Assembly (NCBI GenBank): GCA_026023565.1
Contig: JAPETS010000076.1
Span: 1-52,310, forward strand
Direction: 5' to 3'
Origin: Cirrosporium novae-zelandiae
Taxonomy: Eukaryota
Length of the DNA: 52,310 nt
Both the position numbers and the translations under genes were made by a program. Below are positions 24,433-36,928 of the stretch, one piece after another (the stretch's first letter is position 1; every line of letters starts with the position of its first letter). Under the pieces are notes generated by a model. That model saw nothing but the letters and a program-made list of their open reading frames with translations. It searched no databases and was not told the DNA's origin.

Positions 24433-27258
24433 TCATATATCATCAGTGTCGTCAGCAACCTCTGTTGGTCGTTTCTTCCCGGATCCATTAAGCTTGTCCA
24501 TCTCATACCCCTCTCCACTGGACATGGCAATGGCTTGTCGTCCTGTATCTGAGGTTTCTAGAAAATCCCTCAGCCTTCTCTTACCTTCTGCAATTGCTGG
24601 TCTGGCTGCAGCCGTCGACATCTGGTATAGAGGGTCCCAAAGGTTTAGGGTGTATGTAATATAAAAGGCCCCCGCCAACATGGCTATCAACACAAAATAT
24701 GCAGGGTTTCGGATCACTGGTACCGATTAGCAAGGACCCACAAACATCATCCGCCCCATTTCTGCAAGGATAACTATAAAGATAGATTTCCGGAACTTTA
24801 CCAGCATAGATCTCGTTCCAACCAAACGCCAACAGCAAGGCCCAAAAGTAATACGGCACTTGCGTCATTCCTCCAATGGCACTTCTCTTCGCTTCCACAT
24901 AAACGCCATCTGCGGTCTTCTTGAACCGAACGGTGAGTTCCTGTGTCTTGGCTTCACTTAAAATTATCATTTCCTCTTCCAAACTCTTGCCTTCTTCGTC
25001 GTCAACCCCTCCAATTGGAGCAAGGTCTTCTTCGTCCGCAGGAGTGGTTGATTCCGGCACATTGCCAATCCATTCGTCTAGCGGAGGAGGGCTGGAGGTT
25101 TTCGACAGCTTGAATCGAGAAAGCAGTGGAATCAGAACCAGGGTAGACTCTCTGGCCTTGGAGTATAGTCCCTCGATATCATCTGTTGGACGCCATATTC
25201 GCGGAACACCCTCGTCATCGTACCTAAACTTATCCTCGAAATTTTCTCGGAGTTTGAGCAAGAGATTTCCTTCCATCATTTCTTCATTGATCTTGGCACG
25301 AAGCACTCCCCACGACTTTCGTCGTAACCTCCAGAGACCAACCTCAACTTCCTCCGGACTAGCGTCGAAGCTCTTTGCACGATCGGCGAATTTCTTCTCG
25401 GCCTCGTTGACAACCTTGGTGAAGATGCCCCAAATCCTATCCCAAATGTCTTTTTCAGTGGGTTTTGCGCCATCCTCGGGGGCCCCAGAGCCACCTCTTC
25501 CAGAACCAAGGGCATTAAACTGTACACCGATGGATTCTCCAAGGCGGGAGCCGACCCATCTTTCAACTCTCGTAGCCAATCGTCGCATTTCGTCTCCACG
25601 CAGCCTACCGCTAATTTCATCGAGATCCTTTTGATACAGTCCCAGCTCTTGCTTGTAGGTGCTCCACCGAGCACCTTCGACCAGGCCTTTCTTTGCCTCA
25701 TCCTCGAACTTATCGAGAGCAGCTTTCTTTTCGCGTTTAACGATTTCGGCAAAGTCATAGCTTGCACCGGTCTTCTGTCCCGCTTTAACAGCAGCGCCGA
25801 CTGCATCGCTGAAATCTTTGACGCCTGATTTATGGGCGGCGGATAGCTGTCCTTGGTAAAGAGCCTTTAGTCGGGTATCAATCTTGCCCTCAAGTTCAAC
25901 ACGTTTCCGTTGGTAAACCCCTTTATGATATCGACTGGCCTCGGTTTCAAAGGCTTTTATTGTCTTTACCCTCCATGTCCGCATAGCATCACCAAGGCCA
26001 TCGATGACTTTAGGGTTTCCTAGTCGAACTCCTTCTGCCTGCTTATCTTCGAATGGTGTGATGGCTTCGTCGAACCCAATCAAGGCTTCTCTTGCTATTT
26101 CGTCACATCGGAATTGCGCTAACAGTTCTTGCTGTGTGGGTAAGTCGAGATCTTTGTTATTCACAATCTGATCCCAGATTCCTTCTGCGTAGTGAGCAAA
26201 ACCATCTGCGGGAATCCGTCGATGGTATTCGGCGAGAAATACCCCTCCCTCAAGCTCAGGGGTGCTTCGGAACCTGTCCAGCATAGGGTCTCGACGACCT
26301 TCCACAAACCTCTCCCCAAGTTTGGCAACCTCCGAAACGAATTTATCTTGCTGTAAGAGCTTGTGAGGCAATGCAGCGAAAGCAAAGTCAAAATATTCCT
26401 CGATTTTACAGTCCTCCATCCCAGGAGGCTTTGACAACGACGACCAGATCCGTTGAAGGTCTTGGAGCAGGGTATTTTTGAGATTTGCAAGAGGGGTAGA
26501 GCCTATGTAGTCCCGAATGACGAAGAAGAGAAGCGACCGTAGTGATGACCTGTCCTGATCTTAGCGTTGTAGATATGTAGAAGGGTGATTGACATACTTG
26601 CGGTCTTTTAAAAAGATCTGAAGGTTCACTTCAAACACTGTCTTCAACAGTCCCATATTGGCACCTTGGTACAATCCCACCTGATTCTCCCACATGTTGA
26701 CAATCAAGACCTCGCTGGTGGCTAGTGCGAACAAAGCACTTTTTCTTTCAAAATCTTGGTCTTCCCCTCTCTCACGGCCATCGGTTCCTTCAACATCCAT
26801 GACGAGGATATTGTCTGCCATGGATTTTCCTCCCTGAGGATTCTGACGCTTGTTCTTAGACATCCATATCCCTTTGGTGGTTTGTGCTCGATTCTCGGCA
26901 GCCATGACACCAAACTGTGTTCCGAATAGATGGTTGAGAAGAGTAGACTTCCCCGTAGACTGGGAGCCAAAGACGGATATGGGATGATAATTGAAGCCTG
27001 CACTGGTAACATCTTCTCGGTTAAAGTACTTTGCAAGGGATGGGCTTTTGCAGAAATATTATATCAGTTATAGTCTATATACGGTGTAGAGAGAACGCAC
27101 TTGAAATTCTTATCCGAGTCGATGATCTGGATGCCATGTTCGTACTGTTCCTCCGTGGCAGCCTCCCCTACAGAGGCAAAATGACCATTGACAGTCATAA
27201 CTGAAGGGGCCGTAGGATGTCTGCCGTTGACCTGGGGTCTTGGTGATACAGTTGCCAT
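24433..27258 (-). CDS. SEY1: Sey1/RHD3 dynamin-like GTPase for ER membrane fusion
   Basis: G1 [16 protein letters not shown]2 QTTKGIW, G3 [48 protein letters not shown] and the C-terminal TM hairpin (LLLAFGWNE...RNP). Confidence 0.97.
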
Positions 27259-28330
27259 TTTTCTCGACGACAAAGGAAGGACTGGCTAAAAATACGAAAG
27301 GGTCTTAGAGAATATGTTGTAACTAGGCAGGGAACAACACAACGGGCAAAGGTGACGTATAGTTGTGATTGTGGCTATTGTCCGAGGATTGAAACAGTAT
27401 CAACGTTGGCCATATCATTCGTGGGATCTGTTGGTTCGTGGGTTGTTACTGCGATTTCGATTCGAACAAGTTTATCGCAACCCATGGAGGATCGCTAAGA
27501 GACCAGTCGGGGAGTTACTTTGGCGGTCATTCAGTTCCACTAAACCTGTTTGAGATGGATTCCACCATCTTCACAAGACCACCATCATCTGGACAGAACT
27601 ACAATAACTACTACTCGAGTACATTTTCAAATTACCACCATGTTGATGCGATTATCCTCGTTGTGTTTTAAATCACGTGGGGTAGAGGAGGCGGGGGTGA
27701 TTATGATTATCCTCACCACCACAGTCACTAACCAACACTGACTGTCAGTATGCCCGTGCGAGATCAGATCTTCCACTTTTTAATTCTAGCAACCTATCGT
27801 CGACAATGATAACGATAATGAGATCATGATAAGATCAGAAATCCTCTCTTCCTTATTTATCCAGGCAACCAACAAAACAACTGTGCAGCTGAATCCATCT
27901 ACCATGATCCACCAGCGCCAGCGCCAGCGTTAGCCCTCGGTGAGGCGGCACAATTTTGGACCCTAAAACCGATTTATAAAATACCTAAGCATGATTCAAT
28001 TGATTTAGTTGATGATTTCTAACAGATAATGGTATAGTTTAGTGAGCATTAGGAGTTATTCGGGCCTCGCGAGTTCGCTCTTCAGTACTTACGAATCACC
28101 GAGATGAAACCTCATCTGATGTTTGTTGGGGGCAGGAATTAGGGGGGAAATATAAAAAACACACATGGTTGCACAACATGTATAAAAGCCAAACAATATT
28201 GTCCAAAACTCAGGAACAATAATTAACAACCAATACAACAATTCATTTGAAACATAACATCCTTTCGGTCACCATTATACTCTCTGTGCAACCAAAACAA
28301 AGCCTCCCTCCTCAAACAAGCAAATACACA

Positions 28331-28972
28331 ATGGGCTCCGCCATGACCACAAAAACCACCCAGATCGGCATCATAATCAGCTCGGCCCGTCCCCACCGCA
28401 TCGGCCCGCAACTTGCGACCAAGTTTCTCCTCCCCAAATTCCAACCCTCCCTACCCCCCAACACAACCCTCGAGACCATCGACCTCGCAGAATGGAACCT
28501 CCCCATGTTCAACGAAACCGCCGTCCCCGCCGATGATCCCACAATGTCCAAGTACACCCTACCCCACTCCCAGAAATGGAGCAAAGCCATCCAGAAGTTC
28601 TCGGCCTTTGTGTTCCTCACCCCCGAGTACAACGGGGGATATCCCGCACCGCTCAAGAACGCCATCGACTACCTCTTCCACGAGTGGACCGGGAAACCGG
28701 CCTTTGTGATTGCGTATGGGGGTCATGGCGGGAAGACCGCGGGCGAGTCGTTTGCGGCCGTGCTCAATAGGATTCATATGAATGTTGTGGAGCCGATGCC
28801 CTTGCTGGCGTTGGGAAAGGATGGGACGTTTCCCGCAGCGAGGGAGGGTACGATTGTGGAGGGCAAGTTTGAGGAGTGGGAGTTGAATCAGGGTGCGGTG
28901 TTGACGGAGGGCTGGGATAAGCTTATTGAATTGTTGAGCTCGGCCTCTAAGGATGCCTCTAAAGAAGCCTGA
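28331..28972 (+). CDS. NADPH-dependent FMN reductase (flavodoxin-like, LOT6/SsuE family), intronless
   Basis: IGIIISSARPHRIG, FVFLTPEYNGGYPAPLKNAIDYLFHEWTGKPAFVIAYGGHGG. Confidence 0.92.
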   Translation: MGSAMTTKTTQIGIIISSARPHRIGPQLATKFLLPKFQPSLPPNTTLETIDLAEWNLPMFNETAVPADDPTMSKYTLPHSQKWSKAIQKFSAFVFLTPEYNGGYPAPLKNAIDYLFHEWTGKPAFVIAYGGHGGKTAGESFAAVLNRIHMNVVEPMPLLALGKDGTFPAAREGTIVEGKFEEWELNQGAVLTEGWDKLIELLSSASKDASKEA

Positions 28973-29461
28973 GTTTTGATTCTGGGTTATGCTGTTGGGG
29001 GTGTATTTGGGGTGATGTGATAGATCCGAACGTGAGCTAATATATAGATAGATTTCTTCATCATCTACAATATACATTTTTTTACTAGTCAGGCTATTAT
29101 TAATAAAGCATGAATAGAACCCCATATCAATCTCCAACAAAAAAAAAGTACAACTAGCAAGGGATCAAATACTCTTCCTCCAATTAAAAAAAAATTACGA
29201 GATACCTCATGTATGTATGCATGCATAAAATCAGAATTGAGGATATAATGCAACCATTTGTGCCCCACCCCCCAAAAAGAGATTGAATAATTAACAATCG
29301 TTCTGGATGGCCTAAAAGGAAAGGAATTGGGACACTTGTTATTACTAGGAAGGGTGAATGAATGCCCCTTTGCTGATAAACGACTCGATCAGCGTACTGC
29401 TCCCTTCCCCTTCCCTCTCCTATCCTCCATAAACACATCAATACAAAACCCCCACCCCCAC

Positions 29462-31919
29462 CTACAAGTACCCAAACTCCCCCAACGCCCTCTTCAACCC
29501 CCTCAAAAAATCATTACTGCCACTCCCCTCTTTATAAAAATTTGCCTTCTCCTTCCACTCGGACATAAACCTCACCACCATCCACCCATCCCACCTCTCA
29601 ATCAACTGATTCCCCTTCCCCCACCTCTCCACCGTGCCCACTAGCGTTTTCGCATTACACTCGAAATACCTCCGTAGCACGGGCTTCCAGATGCCGTTGC
29701 GGCGCTGCGGGTTGGTGAGCCAGCTGGTGATGGCGAAGCGGACCACCAGGGGCTGGATACGCTCGTTGTAGAGGCGGGATTTGGCGTCGACTTCTTTTCC
29801 GGTTTTGTTGGACCAGTCTGGCTCGTTTAGGAAGGGGTGAGGGACGAAGACCATGGATTGGATGCTGACGAGGAGTTGGAGGAGGGTGGATTTCGTGGGT
29901 TGCCATTTTACCTGGGATTTATAGTGGGATTAATTAGTGGTGGGAGGGTTTCTTTGGGTGTGGAGGTTTGGGTTTATTGGGTTGGACTATTATCTGGGGT
30001 AAGTGGTGGGTGGTGGTGTGCTGAAGAGGTGGGATTGGAATTAGGAGGGACTTACATTGTTGCTTCCTTCATCCCATGTGCCAAGAAGGGAGAAACATAC
30101 TTCTCCATCTGCACTTGTTAGCTTGGATTCTCACCGAAACTAACATTTCTCTAGATACCGGAATGTAGATTTGGATTCAAATACCACGGTGCATGTGGGA
30201 TTCCACTCCTGAACCGGAGTGCGGGGGGAAGTTTGGGATACTCTTCAGGACACAGGATATCGAATCTATTGTCTTTAGCAATGTGATTCTAACTTGAAGA
30301 AGGGAGCACCATACTCGAAGAGGCCGCCTAAATGAAGAAGCAGTCAGTCAGAAAACGAAGATCCAAAGCCAGGTTTATGGATGGTCACCTTCATATGGAG
30401 TTTCACTCGGCCCAACGATTAGACACTTGAGGACATCCAACCTCGACTCACCCGCCTTGACAAAAATTCCCTCCGGGAGTGAGGTGGAGAGGGAAATAAG
30501 CTCCGTCATCAACCTCTTCATTCTGCCTTTTCCGGAATGATGTAAACGCTCTGCTTTTTCACGGAAATCATCGTTGACGGAATCTAAAATATTGTCTTCG
30601 TAAGTCACGCAATTCTCTTTGTGATATAGGGCCCATTTTTCTCGTTTTGTTAGGCCGTTCGATGGCTGCGTGGATTCAGCTTTGGAAGTATAATCTTTAT
30701 GAAGCTTTTCTATACGTTGAAAGAGGTCCAATGCCTCCCTATCCTTGGGGTCGCCAGATCTGATATTCGCTTTCCGCATCAAGGTTGTCTGTCTTTTTAG
30801 ATTTTCAAGATACTTTATCACTGGCCATGCCTTATCACTTCCAAGTGTCACCATCTGGGCAATCGCAAACTCATCTTGCTGTTTCTTCGTCACTGAAGTA
30901 GGGGTAGAAAGCGTTTGCAACCCACACGTCTCTTTTTTAGTATATTGTTTAGCTTGAACGAGGTTTGCAAGCGCAGGATGCATTTGAAGTCTGTCGACAA
31001 ATGACATAGCAGCCGAGTAAAGGCCGCAGCGAGCGACCACATTGTCGACGCAGTCGTTATGGAAGAGCTCTGCCACCTTGTCAAGTAGCATGCCGATATT
31101 CAACAACCCACTAAGATAATCGTGTGGCTTTTCTTGGGGTGGGGGTAGGAGAACTGTTAAAAGCTAAAGGGCAGACTCAACAAAAACATTAGTTTTCCTA
31201 TCCTCTTCCCCAAAATTGAAAACCTCAGTTGCAACTGTTTTCCTATCCATATCAAGTCCTCTGCTGAAATGACCTAACAGCTTCATTTCAACAACCCCCC
31301 TTTCTTCAAAACCAATACCTCTCGACATTGGTGTTGCGTCGCACCTCTTCCTCTCGTTTCGTTTTGCTGCCGCTTCCTCTGACTTGGCCTTCAATCTGAG
31401 CCAAGCACCATCATATCTTGAGAGAAGGAGCCACACACAGAACATTCTTCCATCATTGCAACACCAGTCAAGCCACCAGTCGGTTCCGACATTCTTGATA
31501 TTACCATTTCTGCTTTTAACCATTATATCAAGGCCTTTGACCAGCATGTCGTACTTCCCCTGTGTCGGTAGCCTTCCGCAACCGATACATGTGAGAGCAT
31601 GACACTTTTTGCATTCTTTAACGCACAGTGATGCTTTGTATTTATTGGTAGTTGGACGGCCCTTTTTCGGAATCGATGCATTCTTCAGCCACGCGGCGAA
31701 GAACTCTAGGAGGTTAAAGTTCTTCATCAAGGGCGCCCGACATTTAATGCAGGAAGCATCTAAGAAATGGCCAGCCAGGATCCGGGAATCGAGTATAGCA
31801 TTTTTGAAAGTAGTTGGAAGTGGATTTCCAGGAAACTTGGTATCGTTACTGCTTGAAATGGTTCGAGATTGATGAGAACCCGAGCTACTCAAGTAGCGGG
31901 GTGCCTTAGAGGACGACAT
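29462..31919 (-). pseudogene. Cys-rich + BIRC6-type E2 domain gene, paralog 2, interrupted by one in-frame TAG
   Basis: Homologous to 11115-13508 along its length (CxxC...CxxCxxxxCxGC, WCCNDGR, LLDKVAELFHND, RMKRLMTE...LDVLKCLIVGPSETPYEG). Same 13-nt micro-exon (30315-30327) and catalytic VCFSLLGTW. TAG at 31164-31166 separates two in-frame ORFs. Confidence 0.8.
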
Positions 31920-32870
31920 AAGTTCTACTGAATAACTACTGGGTCTTAGCAATCTTGTATTCCTCCGTCAGGGCCAATCAGGACCTCCGATTTAGGGGAA
32001 GGGTATCGGTGGAAGAATATCACTTGAACCTGACCTTCGATTTTTATTCGAGCATGAGCTAACAGAGGAGGACTTCGTTATATGAAGGAGGTTGTATCAA
32101 GTAGGTTATTGGGCTAGGACAACGACAGTGAGAAAAGCGATGAGTTCCAGGTGACCAAAGGACCTGATGAGTGTGTGGTCTGCCATGATGAAGAGAGGCA
32201 CCCCATATTTATAGTTGCTATGAAGTTCACGTGGACCCTCGAATATTAACGGTAGTATTCTAAAAGGCAAACGGATATCAGAGTTGTAAATGTCGCTGCA
32301 TGCACTTCATCAACACACCTGAATACGCAAGGTTACTAGGGTTTCAGTAAATGTTATTGCTATTATTTGCCTTGATTGTAGTTAATAAAAGCCGAGACGT
32401 TGAATAGAAGTTGGAAGTTGTGAAATAGTAAGGTAAAAGGCCTTAAAATGTATGGCTGCTTTATGTTGAAAGAAATAGATGCGAGTGGGTTCGATTATCT
32501 AAATGAATTTGGATCCTTCACATGGCTTGCACAATGTGAACTGCATAATTTAATGATTTAGAATGCTCTTCATATGATTACAAGCCAAGACTATGGTTTG
32601 GATGAAAATAGCACCTAGTAAGATGAATCAAGTTTTACTAGGGTTTCATTATACGTACCCGTTATTTTAGGCACTTGGAAACAGAGGCAAATAGGGATAT
32701 TCGCATGACTTTAATGTCTGAATGGTGTTTGAACAGAACGAGTTTGAAGAAGAATCATAGTTCCCAATAGAACCCAAAAAGTACGTCGAAGCATCAAGAT
32801 ATAATTTTGGCCATCTAGTCACTAAGCCTTATAGCAAATGCCTAACGGTAAAATTGATAAAACGACATAT

Positions 32871-33311
32871 TCAGCGCCTTAGTGCTGCTCTGATTGCAGG
32901 ATCGTAATCTTTGATGTTGTCGTTGTCCATCCCACCATCGCCTAATACCTTGTAAGGTGGCGCCATACCGAGAGGCCGTAATTCAGAATAAAAGACCAAG
33001 AGAGTGTTGAATCGGGCTTTATGGTCGTTTCCCAAGGAATTGATTAACATCACCCATAGCTCTGCAGGTAGTCTAGAACGGGCAGGAGGTGGTACATAAG
33101 ATACAAGCGTCGGTCTACAAAGATAGCCTCTGAGAACAGCCATCGGGTAGAGAGGAGCAATACCTCGACGTTGAAACTCAGTAAGCATGCAAAAGCCGAG
33201 AGTTGTAAAATCTGCCCATGAAAGGCCATCTAAAATAAAATCGAATATCTCATTGGGAAGCCGAGAAATGCTTGATTGCGGCACTAATCGCGGCAAATGA
33301 ATGTGAGCCAT
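32871..33311 (-). CDS. Small protein with two tandem F-box-like motifs
   Basis: Intronless 146-aa ORF from ATG 33311 with ISRLPNEIFDFILDGL and RSRLPAELWVMLINSL. Confidence 0.55.
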   Translation of the reverse strand: MAHIHLPRLVPQSSISRLPNEIFDFILDGLSWADFTTLGFCMLTEFQRRGIAPLYPMAVLRGYLCRPTLVSYVPPPARSRLPAELWVMLINSLGNDHKARFNTLLVFYSELRPLGMAPPYKVLGDGGMDNDNIKDYDPAIRAALRR

Positions 33312-33381
33312 GTATTGGTTCCAGAAGATCGAATCACCGAGCAATCTATTTGCCGAGTGACTAAAGTGCTGCCGGTCCCGA

Positions 33382-34218
33382 TCAGAGAGTTTTCTCAATC
33401 TTCACTTCAGTTCTTGTGCGAGAAAGCCAGGTCCAAATCAAGCTGGATAGAAACCATCCGACACTGGTGACTACAACCAGGAATATGGCCGTTGGAACAA
33501 GAGATCTGGGAAAGACGTTTAAGAGATAGGGATCGAGAACTAATTTTTATTAGAATATACTCAGAATGTAAAGTAGTAGAGAGTCCTACTAATGTCAACT
33601 ATTACCGGTGGCACGTTGTGCATAAGCGTTTCGTTGGTGGTGTAGTAATCAGCTGCAGAATAGACCTGAAGAAAGAGTACTGAAGATTGGTCTAGAGATT
33701 CTATGGTAGAATCATGACCCAAGTGTGGGTCAAGGGTAGCAAATTCATCAAAATCCACAATAGACTTCTGACGGGCTTCTGAAAAGACCGTTAAAGAGGT
33801 TATGAGCCCTAGTGACTCGAAAACTTCTGAAAGGGTATGAAGATATATCCAGAATTGTGTTGGTTGCTGATTAATTATGTCAGCATATTATCTTTGGACC
33901 ACATAAATACCTGATAAACAAACGTACTGTAGCTGCCCAACAGATGCGTATTTCGTAGCGTTGACCCTCGGTTAGATCCTTTAAGAGAAACCAGGATTCC
34001 TTGCCTTTGCTTGCACCTGGATCAGGGAAATCGGCAGAGAGATATGTTCTTAATGAGTGATGTGCTGGTGAAATATTCTGTAAATATAGCTCATATAGAT
34101 TTGGACGTTGTGTTGGAATGTGGAGTGAAGATGGTCCAAGAAAGATGGCCTTTTCCACATTGGCCCACACGCTACCTATCAGGGTGAGCAATGTGAGGAA
34201 AGAGCAGACAATCTTCAT
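33382..34218 (-). CDS. Pga1-like GPI-mannosyltransferase II co-activator (3 exons)
   Basis: Signal peptide then ANVEKAIFLGP, ESWFLL...GQRYEIRICWAAT|QPTQF, LFLQVYSAADYY, VPPVIVDI|ILDPYLLNVFPRSLVPTA and a C-terminal TM helix. Stop at 33382-33384. Confidence 0.8.
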
Positions 34219-35155
34219 AACTGGAAACTGCAGCGTTTTGCAGGTATCACATGGGATGAAGTAAAGACAACGACAGGAAGATAGATGTCATGGCCTCTTT
34301 GTATGGTAATTCTCCACAAAGCAATTGATATCAAAGATGAAGGGTAAATGTGATTGGTAGTCTGATAACAAGCTCTAAAAGTAAGCACTTAACACAGATC
34401 TTTCACTCTTTAGAAATATTCATTGATGTCGAGCCTTACTTGTAGGGAACAAATTATAACTTGTTAACTAGAATACTGTACCTTAGGTAATTAAGCTACG
34501 TAGCTAGGTACCTGTTAACATTTCCAACGGAAAATTCCCTGACCGACCTATTTGCCTGTCTACAGCGCTAAGCAGAGCGCTAACAGCAGAATGAGGCAGA
34601 ATTGGACTTTAGTCTAATTATGGCATTTAGAATTGAAAAATACCTCGGGTGCCACCCTCTTTCATAAATTTCCTAGATACCACTCCAGCTGCTAGTGCAC
34701 GGAGAGTTGAGAGGGTGGTAGCTGGGGAATTCAAACAACTGGATGGTATCCGAGTCATTTCCAGTTCGGGAACTATAGCATACTTTGTCAGCAGCCTAAG
34801 CCTAATTAGATGGGCCATCGGACACTCGGACCACAAGTCTTCCACACAAGTCTTCCATACGAATTGGAAAGAGTCTAGTACTTTCCTTAAACGATAGATA
34901 TTAGGCGTGCCCGGATCACAGATTGTTCCTCGCGAATCAATAGGCGCGCCGTAAACACCGCTTCCAACAACCCAAGAAAACAACACAACACCGGCCCACC
35001 CTTGTCAAAGACCCCAAATCTTTTCTCCTGTCCCTATCAACTTCGGACGGCTTAACTCTCCTGCAAACTGCTAAACCTGCTCGAGACGACCTGACTTGAT
35101 TACTATAAGTATTTGCTTTTGTCAAGTTCTACATATTCTCGTCTCATCATCAATC

Positions 35156-36928
35156 ATGCGTGAAGTTATCAGTTTGAACGGTAAGATCTAATCTATTGGT
35201 TTTCGCGTTGAGTAGCCTACAAAGCTAGAGGCAAGCACTTCTGGGATGAACAAAAGCTAATAAATTTCAAATATAGTTGGCCAGGCTGGTTGCCAGATCG
35301 CGAATTCTTGCTGGGAGGTAAGTCTCATCCAATTTCTAGGGAAAGACTTCTATTCTTTCCTTGAATATACATTTGATGTTAATGATTACAAATAGCTTTA
35401 CTGCCTCGAACACGGAATTCAGGTATGCCGGATGACACCCAATGGTGATGAATTACATTTGGAGGAGAATACAACTAATGCATGTTCAGCCTGATGGGTA
35501 CTTGACAGAAGAACGGAAAGCTGCCGACGATGATCAAGGTTTCAGTACTTTTTTCTCCGAGACTGGTATGTTGTTTTTTATATGCGCAGTTGATCTCTAA
35601 TTACCATCTACAAGTATTTGGGCATCCATCTAATCATTTTGGATAGGCCAGGGAAAGTATGTTCCAAGAACCATTTACTGCGACTTGGAACCAAATGTTG
35701 TCGATGAAGTACGAACGGGTCCCTATCGTCAACTTTTCCACCCAGAGCAAATGATCACCGGAAAGGAAGATGCATCAAACAACTATGCCCGTGGCCATTA
35801 TACCGTCGGTAAAGAGATGATTGATCAGGTCCTTGATAGGGTTCGAAGGGTTGCGGATAACTGTACCGGACTTCAAGGATTTCTTGTATTCCACTCCTTT
35901 GGTGGAGGTACTGGTTCTGGATTTGGTGCTTTGCTTATGGAACGCTTGTCTGTGGATTATGGCAAGAAATCCAAGCTGGAATTCTGCGTCTACCCGGCAC
36001 CTCAAGTTGCTACGGCCGTCGTTGAGCCGTATAATTCCATCTTGACAACACATACCACCCTCGAGCACTCAGATTGTAGTTTCATGGTCGACAATGAGGC
36101 CATCTATGATATTTGCCGAAGAAACCTTGGTATCGAGAGACCAGACTATGAGCATTTGAACAGACTTATTGCCCAAGGTTTGTCTACAATTCCGAATTAT
36201 TGAGATGTACTTATAATATCTGCAGTTGTCTCCTCCATTACCGCTTCTCTCCGTTTCGATGGCTCCCTCAACGTTGATCTGAATGAATTCCAAACCAATC
36301 TTGTCCCTTACCCACGTATCCATTTCCCTCTTGTTGCATATGCTCCAGTGATCTCTGCCGCCAAGGCTCAACATGAGGCAAACTCGGTTCAAGAAATTAC
36401 CATGTCTTGCTTCGAACCCAACAACCAGATGGTCAAGTGTGATCCACGTAACGGCAAATACATGGCTACTTGCTTGCTGTATCGTGGTGACGTTGTTCCC
36501 AAGGGAGCTCACAGCGCTGTTGCTACCCTGAAGACGAAACGAACCATTCAATTTGTTGACTGGTGCCCAACCGGATTCAAGATTGGTATCTGCTACCAGC
36601 CACCCCAGATGGTACCAGGAGGTGATCTGGCCCAGGTCGACCGTGCAGTGTAAGTGTATTTCTTGACTGGTCATTTGATATTTACTAATATTTGCCTAGA
36701 TGCATGCTTTCAAACACCACATCTATTGCTGAGGCCTGGTCTGCTCTTTCACACAAGTTCGATCTCATGTACTCGAAGAGAGCATTCGTCCATTGGTATG
36801 TTGGTGAAGGTATGGAGGAAGGTGAATTCTCGGAGGCGCGTGAAGATTTGGCTGCCCTTGAGAGGGATTACGAGGAGGTTGCGGCTGATTCTGCTGACAT
36901 GGAGGAGGAAGTTGAGGCCGAATACTAA
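35156..36928 (+). CDS. tubA: Alpha-tubulin (7 exons)
   Basis: [41 protein letters not shown] signature, [11 protein letters not shown] and C-terminal [14 protein letters not shown]...EAEY. Confidence 0.98.

Noticed and set aside
24921..25634. Long antisense ORFs over SEY1 (likewise over tubulin, AKR, EDE1 and FMN reductase)
   Set aside because: Shadow ORFs caused by codon bias of the sense gene, with no independent motifs.
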